35,221 nt of DNA from Mesotaenium endlicherianum (Eukaryota): the NCBI GenBank assembly GCA_009602735.1, contig WELA01002449.1, positions 220,649 through 255,869 on the forward strand, given 5' to 3'. The notes beneath the pieces are model-generated. The model was not told the origin of the DNA. It saw only the letters and a list, made by a program, of their open reading frames with translations, and made no database searches. Below, piece by piece: positions 33,035 to 35,221 of this stretch (the stretch's first letter is position 1; every line of letters begins with the position of its first letter). A program made the translations under genes and the position numbers.

Positions 33035-34711
33035 TTAAGGGGTGGTTCCTGGGGCTTCAGGATCAGGGGACGGAGATCTGGACCTAGATCTGGACAGCCC
33101 TCTAGGTCTGTCAGCTGGCCTTCTAAAGAACCCTGTTTGCTCTAAAGTTGGCCCTCGAGGAGAACGGAGGATGGTGGCCTGCTCTTCAACTATTTGGGTG
33201 TTGATTCCCACATAGACAGGCATTCCAGTAGGATGCTGAAATACATTGGCTAGAGGTACATGCCCCTGAGCGGAGGGGGAGGCTGGCATACCTCTGGCCC
33301 ACCCGCGTGTCCCTCTTCTGGCACCCCTGTCCTCTGGGGATTTCTGTCTGTGTCTGCTGCCCAGTACAGTCAGATCAGCTTCTTCCCCTGCTTGGGCAGG
33401 TGGGCTGGGGGAGCGAGCGCGGGGTCCAGTTGTCGCCATAACGGGGATCACATTCCACACACCTGATCGTGGTTCTTTAGGAAGTGCCACTGCCTGTCCC
33501 TGGGTATCCTGAGTACCTGCTGCTGATGCTTCTCCTCTGCCTTGTTCTTCTTCCTCATCCTCCTCATCCTCCTCCTCGGAGAGAGTAGGGGTCTCGTCCA
33601 CTAAGTCGTCCTGCTCCCTAGTAGACATGGAGTAGTCTACCGACCTCCCTTTCTTAGGGCGCGCTGGAGGTTGCTTGGCCTTCAGCCTACTGATATCTAT
33701 CCGGCCTGCATTCTTTGCCCATTTGACAAAGGCATGCTTTCCCTTAGAGAAGTACTCTCTTCCCCTCCTCCTATGTTCCTTGGTCTCTGCATTCATATTG
33801 CTCAGGCATCCATTCAGCCTGGGGTCCCAAGGGGCAATGTGAGGTGGTAGGATGAGATAGCCGTCTAGGCCATAGTGGAAGTCATCCGGTTGGGCTCGGT
33901 CACACTCCTGCTTCTTATTTGTGACGGTCATCCACCTCCAGTCTGTTGGCTGCTGGTAGTACTGGGGTCCGTGCTCAGCCTTCCTCAGTTTACACGGGAA
34001 CCAGTGGGGAGAGAACATCTGCTGTCCTGCTTCCCTGGCCAAGTACTCCCAGCTCCTTCTCTCAACTTCATTGTAAGCTGGCAGGAGTGTGAGGTAGAAT
34101 ACCGTATCCTTAAAGCTATCGGGCCGCATGCTCACCATCCGGATGAGTCTCTGATCTCCCACTATTCCCGGTATGGGGACCGGCTTGTCCTCTGAATCAT
34201 CTGCGAGATACCGGGCCTGCTCTGCTGTATAGCCCACCATCTTAGCATAATCTTCGTAAAGGACCACGCCGGTGTGTGTCTCGATGTACCTGTCCAGTGC
34301 TGTAGCTCCTTCCTTCTGTAGCAGTGTTGTCTGTTCCAGCCTGTTGATCTCCTGGGCTGCCAGCAATGCTTCCTTCAGGTTATCGAAGTTTTGGCCACCC
34401 ACCACAGTATACCTGTAAGTGGCCAAGCTCTTCTGTCTGTCCGCTTCAATCTTTTTTCTTTTCTCCTCTTCTGCCGCTGCCGCTTCTTCTTGCTGTTTCT
34501 TCTGTCTCTCCTCCTCAGCCTTCCTGAGGTTTTCCGCTTCCTCATCCTTCTTCCTCTGTGCCTCTTCTGCCGCCTCTTGTTGTTTGCGGACCCTTTCTTG
34601 TTCTCTCCTGGTGAGGGGCGTCGCCGCCAGCTCCTTCTGGTATTGCTCCATTGTCCTCCTGGCTTCTTCTGCCTTGCGCTTTCTGTCCTCCTTTTGTGTG
34701 GTGGGCGCCAT
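33035..34711 (-). CDS. ORF3 of element D (558 aa)
   Basis: Differs from B ORF3 at only three visible residues (S/P, Q/E, V/I). The start region is duplicated around an N (assembly join). Confidence 0.88.
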   Translation of the reverse strand: MAPTTQKEDRKRKAEEARRTMEQYQKELAATPLTRREQERVRKQQEAAEEAQRKKDEEAENLRKAEEERQKKQQEEAAAAEEEKRKKIEADRQKSLATYRYTVVGGQNFDNLKEALLAAQEINRLEQTTLLQKEGATALDRYIETHTGVVLYEDYAKMVGYTAEQARYLADDSEDKPVPIPGIVGDQRLIRMVSMRPDSFKDTVFYLTLLPAYNEVERRSWEYLAREAGQQMFSPHWFPCKLRKAEHGPQYYQQPTDWRWMTVTNKKQECDRAQPDDFHYGLDGYLILPPHIAPWDPRLNGCLSNMNAETKEHRRRGREYFSKGKHAFVKWAKNAGRIDISRLKAKQPPARPKKGRSVDYSMSTREQDDLVDETPTLSEEEDEEDEEEEQGRGEASAAGTQDTQGQAVALPKEPRSGVWNVIPVMATTGPRARSPSPPAQAGEEADLTVLGSRHRQKSPEDRGARRGTRGWARGMPASPSAQGHVPLANVFQHPTGMPVYVGINTQIVEEQATILRSPRGPTLEQTGFFRRPADRPRGLSRSRSRSPSPDPEAPGTTP

Positions 34712-34993
34712 CCTGCNTTCTGTCCTCCTTTTGTGTGGTGGGCGCCATCCTGCACATGTAACCAGGGCACAAGTTAGTAGGATATGGACCTTTGTCATAG
34801 GGATTGCAGGAAGTATGTTAGTATTAGTATAGTGGCTTCGCTGCTGTTTACCTTACAGGATGATTGCTAAAAGCTGACGTAGTTGCGATGCGCTACACAT
34901 AAACGTATGAGTGTGTTTTAGGGTGAGTTAAGTGATGTAGTGTTATGCGAGGCCCTTTTTCCTTCTGCTCAAGGTGCGTTATGTGGGCCAAGT

Positions 34994-35163
34994 TGTCCCC
35001 TCTGTCATTAAGTTGACACTTAGGGTTCACGTAACTGTTCTTTTATCGCTCTCGCTCACTAACTGTCATATATTTTCCTGTCCCCTCTGTCATTATGTTG
35101 ACACTTAGGGTTCACGTAACTGTTCTTTTATCGCTCTCGCTCACTAACTGTCATATATTTTCC
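34994..35163. repeat. 85-bp tandem duplication in the pol-ORF3 spacer of D
   Basis: 34994-35078 and 35079-35163, with one mismatch seen. Confidence 0.9.
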
Positions 35164-35221
35164 CCTCCAACTTAAATGGAGACAGGACCGCCTGTCACCT
35201 TCCCGTGTCAACTGAAATGAC

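Larger units (their letters stand above)
32201..35221 (-). mobile_element. Chromovirus D (copy of B), 3' part; continues beyond the window
   Basis: 3' LTR 32201-32921, PPT 32922-32935, ORF3 and pol-ORF3 spacer near-identical to B; flank CCCTA (32196-32200) is the predicted TSD. Confidence 0.95.

Noticed and set aside
34681..34753. 36-bp duplication of the ORF3 start giving a 587-aa ORF in D
   Set aside because: The two identical copies flank a single N, typical of a contig-overlap join; B has one copy.

Overview
Eukaryotic, transposon-dense region. The host is probably a green plant or alga (inferred from plant-type tRNA-iMet primer-binding sites, GT-AG introns and many C->T-type stops). The left end holds the 3' exons of an unidentified spliced gene (~970-1785). 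The rest is a nest of elements that can be resolved base by base. A degenerate ~22-24-bp minisatellite was split by a piggyBac-like DNA transposon (~3592-23208). Its transposase was split by a decayed Ty3/gypsy chromovirus A (5773-22065, minus strand, TSD CAACT). The gag of A was hit by a solo LTR carrying a tRNA-like segment (20494-21414) and by an intact chromovirus B (11218-20037, minus strand, TSD CACGG). A relative of B, element C (25134-32200+, plus strand), is interrupted by a further B copy, D (32201-window end, minus strand). The most interesting item is a third, sense-strand, non-Env ORF (~558 aa) between pol and the 3' LTR of the B/C/D family. It is bracketed by two copies of the polypurine tract and preceded by a conserved branch point and 3' splice site one base before its ATG. 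It occurs as two strongly diverged variants in elements whose gag-pol and LTRs are nearly identical. No database search was possible, so novelty is unverified.
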